This document shows, one piece after another, positions 1-9,838 of a stretch of DNA of 64,000 nt (position 1 is the stretch's first letter; each line of letters opens with the position of its first letter). Where the stretch lies: positions 1,178,001 through 1,242,000 of the forward strand of contig AP024667.1 in the NCBI GenBank assembly GCA_024346625.1, given 5' to 3'. This stretch comes from Williopsis jadinii. Taxonomy: Eukaryota. A program made the translations under genes and the position numbers. The notes under the pieces are model-generated. The model ran no database searches and had not been told where the DNA came from. It saw only the letters and a list, made by a program, of their open reading frames with translations.

Positions 1-3000
1 TTGTGTAAACTTCAACTTTCTTCTTGTGCATCTTAACAGTATGGAACTGAGAGTCCAATACAGTGGTCAGGGGTTTAGCAATTTCCTTTGGTTCAACAAT
101 TGGCTTCTTTAATGGCACCTTAAACAGATTATCCTTCTTATCTGACAACAGTTGGGGGATTTGTTTGCCCATAGGCGAATATTCCAAATAACGGGAGAGG
201 TATTGCGGAACTTTTTTCTCAGAGACATCTTTATGGATGACAGGGCCTGAACTCACAGGTCTTTTAGGGTCCCTGTTCAGAAGACCCAGAGGTTTGGGCT
301 TACTGTACTTCTCATTGTATTCACCTTTGGCACTCAATTCGATTTTCAGACCCATGGAATCAATGATACTTTGAATCGGTTCACAATTCAAGCTTGGGTT
401 CAGTTTAACCAGTTCAATAGATTCAATACAACCGTTGGGTGGGATTCCTAATTCGTTCAATATATCTTCTTTGGAGAACTTTATGATACCTTCAAATTCC
501 CAATAAACAATGAGAATTTGGAATTTGAAATTTGTATTTAGAGAGATACCTTCAACCAATTCACGAAGTATCAAACTCTGTTCACGGATCTTTTCGACAC
601 CATCACAATTGAAGACAAGCACACTTACATTTTCAAAAATATGAGGGTTGATTTCACAAGATCCAATAATTTCAAGTTCAACGTTACCCTGATGGAGAAC
701 GTGCTTCAGATCTTCACCAATACAAAACTTTCTTCTCAGGAACTTTGACGTTGTAGATTCAAACTCTTCAAAGAACACAAGCAGTTCATATTTTTCAAAG
801 GGTAACCGACTTAGATTTGTCAACATTCTTTCAAAGTTAAATCCGCTCAAGTCAACTGGTTTAACACTTGGTTTGTTGTTTGTAACAAGAGAACTGGTTA
901 CAGCACCTGAAAGAACTCTTTTCCTCTTGAATGCCTGTGGAATACCAAAATTCTTTGAGGTTACGACAAACTCCTCTCTTCTTCTCTTCTTCAATTCTTG
1001 CTTCTTTTTGATTTTAGAGGCAACTTTGATAACCTTCCATACCAGCTTTTGTTTCAATTTGTTATTTCTAAAGTTTTCTGCAATGACATCCATAGTTTCA
1101 AAATAGATCAATTCACTGATGAATGCCTCATAAAGTCCTTGACTATAGGACTCTAATAGCACTCTTCTACGTCTCTCTGTTTGAACTTGAGCATCAGCAA
1201 GTGGCTTAACAATACTTTGAACTTCTTCTTTAACAACTTTCCCAATGATCGTTGAACTCAAAGAATCGGCAACAGTATTAACAACTTGTCTCAGTCTCTC
1301 TTGTCTTTCTAATCTCAATTGGCGCTGGTTTTCCTCCACTAATTTTTGTTCCTCCACTTTCTGACGTGCCAATTCTCTCTCAGCAGCAATGGCATCAGCT
1401 CGAGCCTTAGCTTTAATTTCTTCCTCTTGTTTAAGACGCTGTTTTTCAGCAGTTATTTCGTGTTCTCTTTGTTGTTTTTGCAGGGCCTCTGTATCCTCAG
1501 TAGGGTTTTGAACTTTTGGCTCTGAATTTGGAAATGAGAATTGATATGCCGATGTATTATGGTTCACATTCCCAAAAGATGTTTGCTGTGGTACAGACTG
1601 GATGCCATTCTGTGCTCCACCTTGGAATACAAAAGATGTAGATTGCTGAGAGCCAAAAGATGGTACGGTTGTTGAACGTGAATTGTGTCCAAACGTCAAC
1701 CCCAAGTTTGATTGGCCAATATTGACAACATCCTTATACGAGGACACCTTGGAGTCATGCCAGGTACAAAAGGATTGTCTAAAGGGTCTATGATCTGGAA
1801 TCAAGTGAGAATTATGAGTCAATGAGAAAATGTCAACATATTTCTTTCCTTCCAATATGGAGATCTGCACACCGTAATAATTGCAGAAATCACTCAAATC
1901 CGACTCATCATTGAATGCAAGTAGTTCGATAAAAAAATTCACAGGGTAAGGCTTTGCCCTCGTATGCAAAGATCTCCTAATGGCCTTAAATGCATAAAAT
2001 CTGATTTCATTGAGATGTACTTCCATGATATACGTCATTAATAAGGGAAACGTACCTCTCTTAAAATTGTGGAAAAAAGTCTTGAAAAGATCTAAGACAT
2101 TTTCAGTAAATTGAAATCCCCTTTCAACAATATTAGTCTGTATCAAGTTTCTAATGTTTAATGCCATTTGGACTTTATCGTCCTCTAATATTTCCTTAGG
2201 TAGTTCTTGAATTTCACGGTCAAGTTCAGGATCACGATGCTGACTCAACATGTAGTAAGCTCTAAACTCTGCTTCATTTGGTGCTTGTAAACCTCTTGAT
2301 CTATATTCAGAGTACATCTCAGACAACGTTTTCAACGCTTTATTCATCTGTTCTAACTCTTGTTGTCTTGAGAATTCAAATGACGTTTTAGCCATAACAT
2401 GTAGAGTGATTATATGGATTCTGACAATCTTTTCATGGCATTCAACAGCTTCTGGACCGAAATAATTTTGATAGGTGAAATCTTGACGTATTGATCTCGT
2501 TCTATCCCATATAAAAGATTGTGCCTCTGGCAATTCTTGTAATACATTATCGATCAAATAGTCCAATGTTGACAAAAGCACCTGTGGAGGTCTCACATCT
2601 GAGGGTAGCGGTGGTGGCTGTCCAGCAGCAGGTCTTGAGAATGCCTTTATTGCACAGCTTTTTGATATCTTACCAGTTGATGGATCCCTTTCGTATTTTC
2701 TAACGTCGTTCTCCACAGATCTTCGTATTCTTTCGTATACAGGACACATATCATGGCACGAACCTCTAAATGAAATCGCCTGGTCTAAAAGTTTTCTGGT
2801 ACCTTCTTTGTCCACAAGTCCCTTCTCTTCCATATATTTCCTCTCAGCGTTTCTTAATTGTTGAAACTCTTCAAAGAGAGAGGAAGGATCAGATGCCTTA
2901 CTCTCTAAGAGCGCCATTTTGGACTGGTTTTCCCTATCCCATTGATCCTGGAAAGAGTGATCGTCCGTCAGCACAGAGGATTGATAAAGAAGAAACTTTG

Positions 3001-3277
3001 GTAACTTTCTTGTTGCATGTTCCACACGTTGAAATTTCGAAGCATCGAATTGGAACCCGCCTATAACAGGGTCCAAAGCCAATTCTTCAGGTGATAGTGT
3101 TACACCACTGGGATTACTGGCGTGCGTTGATCCCTCCAGTGCGCTTGAAGACGATGTCGGCTTCCTCACAAAGTTCTTTGAAGATGAATTCTGGAAGGGG
3201 TTCTTCTTGGAGAAGTTGCCGTTTTTTCGGTTGAGCCCACTACCACCTTCTGGGTGAGAAGGGGTAAATGCAATCAT
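1..3277 (-). CDS. SAC3: Sac3/GANP-domain TREX-2 mRNA export factor (3' end runs off the window start)
   Basis: Manual minus-strand translation from ATG at 3277 (in-frame TAG just upstream) gives MIAFTPSHPEGG...AISFRGSCHDMCPVYER...AIKAFSRPAAGQPPPLPSDVRPPQVL...QSFIWDRTRSIRQDFTYQNYFGPEAVECHEKIVRIH, the SAC3/GANP signature. Absent from the ORF track because its stop lies outside the window. Confidence 0.93.
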   Translation of the reverse strand, partial: MIAFTPSHPEGGSGLNRKNGNFSKKNPFQNSSSKNFVRKPTSSSSALEGSTHASNPSGVTLSPEELALDPVIGGFQFDASKFQRVEHATRKLPKFLLYQSSVLTDDHSFQDQWDRENQSKMALLESKASDPSSLFEEFQQLRNAERKYMEEKGLVDKEGTRKLLDQAISFRGSCHDMCPVYERIRRSVENDVRKYERDPSTGKISKSCAIKAFSRPAAGQPPPLPSDVRPPQVLLSTLDYLIDNVLQELPEAQSFIWDRTRSIRQDFTYQNYFGPEAVECHEKIVRIHIITLHVMAKTSFEFSRQQELEQMNKALKTLSEMYSEYRSRGLQAPNEAEFRAYYMLSQHRDPELDREIQELPKEILEDDKVQMALNIRNLIQTNIVERGFQFTENVLDLFKTFFHNFKRGTFPLLMTYIMEVHLNEIRFYAFKAIRRSLHTRAKPYPVNFFIELLAFNDESDLSDFCNYYGVQISILEGKKYVDIFSLTHNSHLIPDHRPFRQSFCTWHDSKVSSYKDVVNIGQSNLGLTFGHNSRSTTVPSFGSQQSTSFVFQGGAQNGIQSVPQQTSFGNVNHNTSAYQFSFPNSEPKVQNPTEDTEALQKQQREHEITAEKQRLKQEEEIKAKARADAIAAERELARQKVEEQKLVEENQRQLRLERQERLRQVVNTVADSLSSTIIGKVVKEEVQSIVKPLADAQVQTERRRRVLLESYSQGLYEAFISELIYFETMDVIAENFRNNKLKQKLVWKVIKVASKIKKKQELKKRRREEFVVTSKNFGIPQAFKRKRVLSGAVTSSLVTNNKPSVKPVDLSGFNFERMLTNLSRLPFEKYELLVFFEEFESTTSKFLRRKFCIGEDLKHVLHQGNVELEIIGSCEINPHIFENVSVLVFNCDGVEKIREQSLILRELVEGISLNTNFKFQILIVYWEFEGIIKFSKEDILNELGIPPNGCIESIELVKLNPSLNCEPIQSIIDSMGLKIELSAKGEYNEKYSKPKPLGLLNRDPKRPVSSGPVIHKDVSEKKVPQYLSRYLEYSPMGKQIPQLLSDKKDNLFKVPLKKPIVEPKEIAKPLTTVLDSQFHTVKMHKKKVEVYT

Positions 3278-4076
3278 CTAATGGACACCTCTGTCTCTCG
3301 TGTTTGATGTATGCAAAGCTTATTGCTTCTTCAGTTCTGTCCAGAGTCCCGCTCTCCTTCATCAACAGTAAAGAAAACACAAAAACTGAGAGAGAGAGTA
3401 AGAGTAAGTGGAAAACACCCGTACACCACATAGTCCAACCAAAGAGGAAATTTTCGTGTACTGACGACGAACGGCCTTTTCCGTTTCCACGGATAGGATG
3501 TGTGTCCCCTCCTAACCTGGCACAGAGGGCACACTTCCAAGAACAAAAATGGACGCAACGTACACAATATAAAATTCACAGCTGCGCAACCAAATCCCTA
3601 CCGCTTTTTGCGCGCTGCCTTGTGTACCCCCCCCCCCCCCATTCACTAAAATTTTGTTATAGAAAAACCGCAACGTTAAAAGAACGCGGTGGAAAAGCGA
3701 AACTTTACGCCAACAACAAGCAAATCAACCCAGTTTCAAACCTTTTGCCACAAAGCTCGAAATATAAAGGGGAACATAGCAGTGCATCATAAGATATACA
3801 TCGATATTACCTTTCGTTCACTTTAGTTTTTGCTGTCTTGGTTCCATTTATTGCGGCTTTCCCTCGTTCCTTCATTTGTTTGGTCCATATAATTCCATAG
3901 GGTTTTACGGATTCCTTTCTTGATTATCCCTTTTGTGTGTGAGCCGGCTTACATTTGAGTTGCTTAGTATTCTGGTTACCCATAAAGTCAGCAAGCTTCT
4001 ATTTTGGAGTAACTACCTCTGCAATTTTCAGGAGTGAAGGAGGATTTATGGTTTAGATACCAAAGTTGAACTGAAG

Positions 4077-6677
4077 ATGTCTAAAGATAAGCACATGCTT
4101 CTTGAGCAAAAGAGTGTTGAAAATGGCGATACTCGCTCTGTTGATCAATCAATAGAGAGTGAAAATGACCCAAAGGGTAATACTAGTTCTGAAACCATTG
4201 TGATTCAGAGTACAGAGAGGAGTACGGGCAAGAGTGACGACGTACAGAGCAATAACGATAAGAAGGTTGATGACCAGGAGGAAGTACCGCCAGGTGCGTC
4301 AGCGCCAGGGGAAGTTCCAACGACCCAGTCAGCTTCCACAGCGTCTTCCAGTAAAGTTCCAAGCTCCACTACCTCGATACATGAAGAACTTCCAGCCGGT
4401 AGTGTCATAGGAAGCAATACCAACGTGGTGGCGAACAGCGCGACTGGATCAGTCAAAGGTCCTCCAATTCTGAGAAAGAAAACAGACGTTAATAATCCAA
4501 CCTTTTCGAGAAGCTCAGTATCTGAAAAGACAGGGAAGATCTCAGGTACTACAAAATCAATGATTGTTGAAACTGAAACTGTGGATTCTTCCAATATCCC
4601 ATCAGTTACTCTTCCAATCGCTGCTTCAACAATCGGAAGTCAGAACAGTGATCTCATTAATGGCTCCTCAAATTCTACAAATCTGTCGTCGTTGAGAAGT
4701 AAGAGAAGTGCTTTATTTGTTGATCAGAACCCGCAGCTAACTGTACAACAAACGAGCAATGCAGCACTCGATAACGACAATGTTAGTATCACTGGCTCGA
4801 TAAGGAATAGAACGAAACACTTGAACCCAACTGAAAACCATGGGAATATTACAAAGGCTGGTGCTACTAAGGCAGATTTATTTGCTGCTAAGATTGCTAA
4901 TGCTGTGGGCGATGCTTCAGATTCTGATTCGGAAGAAACTTTTGTGTATGAAAGTACCCCGGATGCGGTGAGTACTTTACCTGCTGTTAAGAGTATAACG
5001 TCTACTGGATCTGTCAATGCTAAAGCAATGAGAAATCAAAGGAATCTAAGTATGCCAATGTCCAGTACTCATATCTCTTCACCTTTGAATACACCTTTGG
5101 CCATAACGTCAAATGATGCAGCGAAGGAGAGGTTGTTATCAACTTTCCCCTCTGAAGATGAAACTGAAACTGTGAAGACCCCACCACATGAACAGCATAC
5201 TGTGGATAAAACTTCTATTGATAATACATGGGATAAGGATGAGGGAAGTCTACAAAATCAATCAGAAGAAAAAGTACAAGGACAGGACGAAAAGTCTCAG
5301 CAACAGTGCCATGAACAGGGACAACAAGAACAACAACCAATTGAATCCTCTCAAAATGAAGAATATTCTCATAATGTTGTAAAGCTCCCAGTTACAAATC
5401 AACAACAACTAGGAGTTAAATTACCTGATGATAAATCAAGAAGTACAAGCACAACGAGCTTTTCAGGTTACAAAACCAATTTTCACACTGCTACAAACAA
5501 CAACAACAACAACACTAATAATAACAGTAATAATAATTCCCAAAAAGAGAGTCAACTCAGAACAACAACATCTAAGTTGTTTGATATCAAGGGAAGCACT
5601 TTGAGAAGGTATTCTGGCGTGCCTGATGATGTGAATATTGAGGATTATATTGATAGGTACGATGAAGAACAGGAAATCGGAAGTCCGGGTGGGTATCCTG
5701 ATTTTTACGATTATGACGAGTATGAAGACGAGGATGAATTGACACCTTTGAACGTGAGCAGAGCCAACAATAATTTGAGAAACAAGGCTTCAAGGCACTA
5801 TCTACCAAAAAAGTCACTAAACTATGGGGCAGTTGGTGCTAATAGTGCTGATAACAATGGATACATTGATGCACTTGCTAAAGATGACCCTAATGGAAGA
5901 GGCTTACGTGGGAAGAAATCCAAGCTCAGGTCAAACTACCAATATTTGCAACAAGAACAGAATTCTCCACATGACTTCTTCAACAGCAGGAAACATTCCA
6001 AACTACAGATGATCAAAAATACGATGTATGTCTTTATGTTCGTCTTTGGTCTTCTTGCATTTGGGTTCATTGCGGGATTCTTTTTGGCAACTACCAAAGA
6101 CCTCCAGGATGTAGCAATCACTACGGTGGATGACATTCTTGTATCAAACGATGAGTTGGTTTTTGATATGAGTGTCCAAGCTTTCAACCCTGGGTTCGTT
6201 ACTATTGAGGTCTCGGATTTAGAATTAGATATATTTGCCAAATCCGCATTTGTTGATAAATTCCCTCAGAGAATACCAATATTTGATCAATCGCAGTCAG
6301 AATCACAAACTGTTTTGTTGGGAACTGCAAGTAAGTTTGAAATACCATTGGAATTCGCCAGTGGATTGTTTAGCAGGGAACGTGTAATCGCAAAGAGTGC
6401 CATAAAATTGTTAAACCCAGGTCGAAATAGCACAGGGCTAGACTCGGACAAGGATGATAATCACAAGGTGGAGGATGATTCTGATAAATGGAAAGAAATT
6501 ATTGAACATCCATTTGAGTTGATCATAAGAGGAAGTTTGAAGTATGAAATCCCACTATTTGGTACCCCAAGGTCGATTCCAGTGACAAAATCTGTGGCAG
6601 TTGACCCAGATGCTGACGACCAGATCCTCAGAAAGATGCTTGAAAAGGGCGATGTTAAGGAACACATATTTGGCTAA
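4077..6677 (+). CDS. VAC7: Vacuolar segregation protein Vac7 (Fab1 kinase activator)
   Basis: 866 aa. Low-complexity N-terminus with KSMIVETETV, FAAKIANAV..SDSDSEETFVYES and QLRTTTSKLFD motifs, one TM helix, then luminal AFNPGFVTIEV..LDIFAKS and PFELIIRGSLKY. Confidence 0.9.
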   Translation: MSKDKHMLLEQKSVENGDTRSVDQSIESENDPKGNTSSETIVIQSTERSTGKSDDVQSNNDKKVDDQEEVPPGASAPGEVPTTQSASTASSSKVPSSTTSIHEELPAGSVIGSNTNVVANSATGSVKGPPILRKKTDVNNPTFSRSSVSEKTGKISGTTKSMIVETETVDSSNIPSVTLPIAASTIGSQNSDLINGSSNSTNLSSLRSKRSALFVDQNPQLTVQQTSNAALDNDNVSITGSIRNRTKHLNPTENHGNITKAGATKADLFAAKIANAVGDASDSDSEETFVYESTPDAVSTLPAVKSITSTGSVNAKAMRNQRNLSMPMSSTHISSPLNTPLAITSNDAAKERLLSTFPSEDETETVKTPPHEQHTVDKTSIDNTWDKDEGSLQNQSEEKVQGQDEKSQQQCHEQGQQEQQPIESSQNEEYSHNVVKLPVTNQQQLGVKLPDDKSRSTSTTSFSGYKTNFHTATNNNNNNTNNNSNNNSQKESQLRTTTSKLFDIKGSTLRRYSGVPDDVNIEDYIDRYDEEQEIGSPGGYPDFYDYDEYEDEDELTPLNVSRANNNLRNKASRHYLPKKSLNYGAVGANSADNNGYIDALAKDDPNGRGLRGKKSKLRSNYQYLQQEQNSPHDFFNSRKHSKLQMIKNTMYVFMFVFGLLAFGFIAGFFLATTKDLQDVAITTVDDILVSNDELVFDMSVQAFNPGFVTIEVSDLELDIFAKSAFVDKFPQRIPIFDQSQSESQTVLLGTASKFEIPLEFASGLFSRERVIAKSAIKLLNPGRNSTGLDSDKDDNHKVEDDSDKWKEIIEHPFELIIRGSLKYEIPLFGTPRSIPVTKSVAVDPDADDQILRKMLEKGDVKEHIFG

Positions 6678-6690
6678 AGTGATTACAGTA

Positions 6691-6775
6691 TATATACAAA
6701 ATAAATAATCAAATGTGCTACTCCCTAGTTTATGTTACAGTATTCGTTAGAATAAATTTGGATCGTGTATGTACA
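6691..6775 (-). promoter_or_regulatory. Two Puf3-type UGUAHAUA elements downstream of the MRP17 stop
   Basis: Minus strand reads TGTACATA (6775-6768) and TGTATATA (6698-6691). Puf3 elements are typical of mitochondrial ribosomal protein mRNAs in budding yeasts. Confidence 0.55.
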
Positions 6776-6858
6776 GTTTGCTATTGCTTTGGAGAGATAA
6801 TCAATATTTTGTTGTGTGTGTGTCAGTGGAATCTCCTCTTTTAAGCGAACAAGAATAT

Positions 6859-7271
6859 TCAAGCTCTAGGTCTGATTCTGTCGTATGAACTGCTTGTTGC
6901 TAGCTTTTTATCGTTAACCTTCAAAATCATCGATCTAATGACACGAGGATCTGCTCTTAGTGTTCGAAGGATTTCGGATTGGACAGATGTACTTGAATCG
7001 AAAAGCATGAGGAACTTCTCACCTTGAAAATGATGTTCTTGATCCTTGGTCATAATTTTTGGAAGATGTTGAAGTCCAAGTGACTTGATTTGTCTAACCA
7101 CGCCACGATTTTGGATTATCAATCTACCAATAGTAGAGGCAACTCTTGAACACAACGCTTGTTAGTCAATCTCTCAACAAAGATCTAAACATCAGTGACT
7201 CACTCTTTGGCCTCAACAGCAGCTGAACTTGGATTTGTAACACGTGCAATGGCGATGAGTTCGTACAGCAT
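6859..7271 (-). CDS. MRP17: Mitochondrial ribosomal protein bS6m; exons 7271-7204 and 7144-6859, 59-nt intron 7203-7145; 117 aa
   Basis: Exon 1 [23 protein letters not shown] joins exon 2 [19 protein letters not shown]...FLMLFDSS...[12 protein letters not shown] in frame. Intron has GTGAGT donor, GACTAAC branch point and AAG acceptor. Confidence 0.9.
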
Positions 7272-8262
7272 GGTGAAAAGGATGTATGCTAACTCTATGA
7301 CACTGGAGTATCTCTTATTGGATATTTGTTAATGGACATTTTTTTTTTCATGGGTAGTTCAATATCAAAATTTCGCGGCTAAAGTTTCAGGTAGGGTAAT
7401 GTTGACCTACAAAATTGACGGACCGGGGGATCTTTGTTCATCTTAACCCATTGACTACATGCCCAAGTATTAAGAAGTATGGAGTGGCCGGAAAAGCAGC
7501 GAATATAGCAATACAATACACCAAGTTAGTGATTTCTGACTTACTTATTACTTGAAGTTTAATTTTGATCATCTCCCCAATTAAAGTGTAACCGTGTCTA
7601 AAGTTACTACCGCAAGACAACCATGGTACAGTAATATAATACAGCACATTCAATGAATTTGTGTATGCTGAAGTTTCACGGCTCAGTATCTATCCACTGT
7701 TACTATCGCCTTGTTATAGAGCTTTTGAGGTGCGCAAGAAATCTAAATACTTGAATTGAGGGTGGCTTGCAAACTCCCTGTGCTATCAAGAATTTCTGTA
7801 AGAACCATACTAACAATTTTTGTTAAGAGTCAATTGATTTTCTCTTACCTCAGTTAGAATCTTACTAATGAAACTAGCAAACCTCCTTCAAATTTCTCCA
7901 AAGTATAGTAAGTGGTAGCCACTTCTCTGACTAAGAGATATACAAAGTATGAGAACGTAATCTTCAATACCACATGAGATATAACAATTCAGAGCTTGTT
8001 CGGCATAATCAAGAAAGACGCGTGGATTTGCTTATATCACAACAACCTAAAATTAAGAAACTCTAAGACTACCACACACTAGAACTGATTTCTATCATCC
8101 TATTTGCCGACTTTAAGTTTGATTGGAGTCGTGATTCTTTGAAATCAAATCAGGACGTGTTGCTTTATATATGTAATTCTGGTTTTTCGTTGCCCTAGCA
8201 ATAGTAAAAATGTAAGGATGTTTCCAATTCAGGCATTGTTTACATTTTGAATTCTTATCAAA

Positions 8263-8308
8263 ACAAAATGACACAAAATGACACAAAATGACACAAAATG
8301 ACACAAAA
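8263..8308 (+). repeat. 10-bp tandem repeat (ACAAAATGAC) x ~4.5
   Basis: Read directly. Only about one unit is present at the equivalent site in the right arm. Confidence 0.95.
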
Positions 8309-8350
8309 CCAATACAGCTTTATACACAATCTTAAAGATATCACCAAACA

Positions 8351-9714
8351 ATGACCAGAAACAAAAGATTAAGCAAGCAAAGAACAATGGCCCGGTAACA
8401 ACCAAAGAAACCCCAGAGAACTCTCATTGGGATTTTCCAACGACGTCCTCAACCTGAGGAAGAAACATCAGCGGCTAATCCAGAACCACAGCGGCAACTT
8501 CAAATGAATTGAGGTGCTACACAACAAGAAGACCCATTACTTATTGAGACAGACTAACTGACCTGTTATGGGAACAAGACACAGAGCCAAGAAGTCTCCA
8601 AGTTTTGTCACAGAATACCCATGCAGAGATCACAGACTTACCGCAACAGCCGCCATTATCTGAACATGAAACTGAGTTTGATAGTGGAACTATGGCTGAT
8701 AGACTAAGAGGTAGGCCAAGAAATGCAGCATATGTAGCAGAAAGAGCACTAGAAGAAATTAGATGTGATGGTACTTTTGGTGTGATCCAAACTTTGAACA
8801 CATCATTGAGGATGACACCAACGGTTTTAAAGAGAATGGTGAGCCTGTTTAAGTACAACAACAGTGGAGATCACAAAACTGGGGTTATAATCTAGGTGGA
8901 CCTGAATAGTGTTGTGATTGTTCTCATGCTCTCCTTATCGATACTGAATTACCACCTTTCTGTTGCGACAGGGGAAAAGTTTTACTCGGTGAGATATTCA
9001 AAGAACCTCCACAGTACATGAAGGATATGTTATTGGATCCAATCACATCCAAATAACCTTGAACAATCAATACAATTCTTTCGCTATCATCTTTGGGTTC
9101 TAACAGTACTGGTGATTCGAGATGTGGAACTTGTTCAATGGCCATCAACGGACGCTTATTCCATAGAGTTGATGGTATGATAGCTTAAGAAGATAGTCAA
9201 GAGAAATTGAAAGGAATTTATACACTAGATTCAGATTTGGCTACAAACCATCACGTTGAATTACTGAGAGGTGTTCTTCAAAATGATGAAGAGGATAATA
9301 AACTTGAGGTCTACATTAGGAAAATTGGTGAATTTCTATCTCAAAACCATCGTTATGCACAGATGTTATATACCGCTAGAGAAATTGTTCGACCGGAAAT
9401 TACAGAGATGGGGATTCACAAGAGAGGAGATTGTTGTTGAATTTACCAATATTGAACCAACAGCACCAACAAATTCAGAAGATCATACTTCTTTATTTCC
9501 AGAGGTTAAAGAGTTTGCCTTGGTGCGCAGAAGTATAGCAGCAGAAGATACTCCAATCTCAATATGTACAAAGGAGAGCCCTACAGGTTGCTTCACCTTT
9601 ATCAATACTATGTGCAAGAGTGTTTTTTTGATCTTTGAGATGTTCTCTTTTAATACAGAAGGGGCGAGACAAATCTTTTCCATACTAACAGTACTCAAAT
9701 TAGTATCATTCTAA
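8351..9714 (+). mobile_element. Degenerate Helitron Rep/Hel N-terminal coding remnant (Zn-finger-like and pre-Rep region)
   Basis: Reading through stops from ~8883: GYNLGGPE*CCDCSHALLIDTELPPFCCDRGKVLLGEIFKEPPQYMKDMLLDP...TINTILSLSSLG...SMAINGRLFHRVDGM...KGIYTLDSD...IRKIGEFLSQNHRYAQMLYTAREI. This matches the recalled Helitron pattern CxxCxA..E..CCxxGKVxL..PP..N..S.G..I.G..H..FAQ+Y+.D..L...NPY...+.A.E. Multiple stops and frameshifts. Confidence 0.82.
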
Positions 9715-9838
9715 CATACCCATACCATATACACTTTTGTGAATACTTAAACGAAATCTTACCCTACAGTTTTAGAAGACTCTCTAGCTGTTGATTTCGT
9801 CAGTTTCAAATGCCCATGCTATTAAACGAGGGACCAAG

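Larger units (their letters stand above)
7851..9838 (+). repeat. Left arm of a ~2 kb diverged inverted repeat (partner 11928-13913)
   Basis: Aligns by eye to the reverse complement of 11928-13913 along its length, e.g. 8187-8260 vs 13587-13510, 9142-9185 vs 12587-12544 (44 nt identical) and 9681-9717 vs 12058-12022. Boundaries approximate. Confidence 0.92.

Noticed and set aside
3268..3792. 174-aa ORF in the SAC3/VAC7 intergenic region
   Set aside because: Overlaps the SAC3 start and promoter-like low-complexity tracts, including the C14 run; no homology cues.
7438..7653. Minus-strand ORF with KSEITNLVY, faintly like a Helitron helicase tail (TxNIVY)
   Set aside because: The upstream helicase motifs (KSQGQT, HGQLYVA) are absent; the match is too short.
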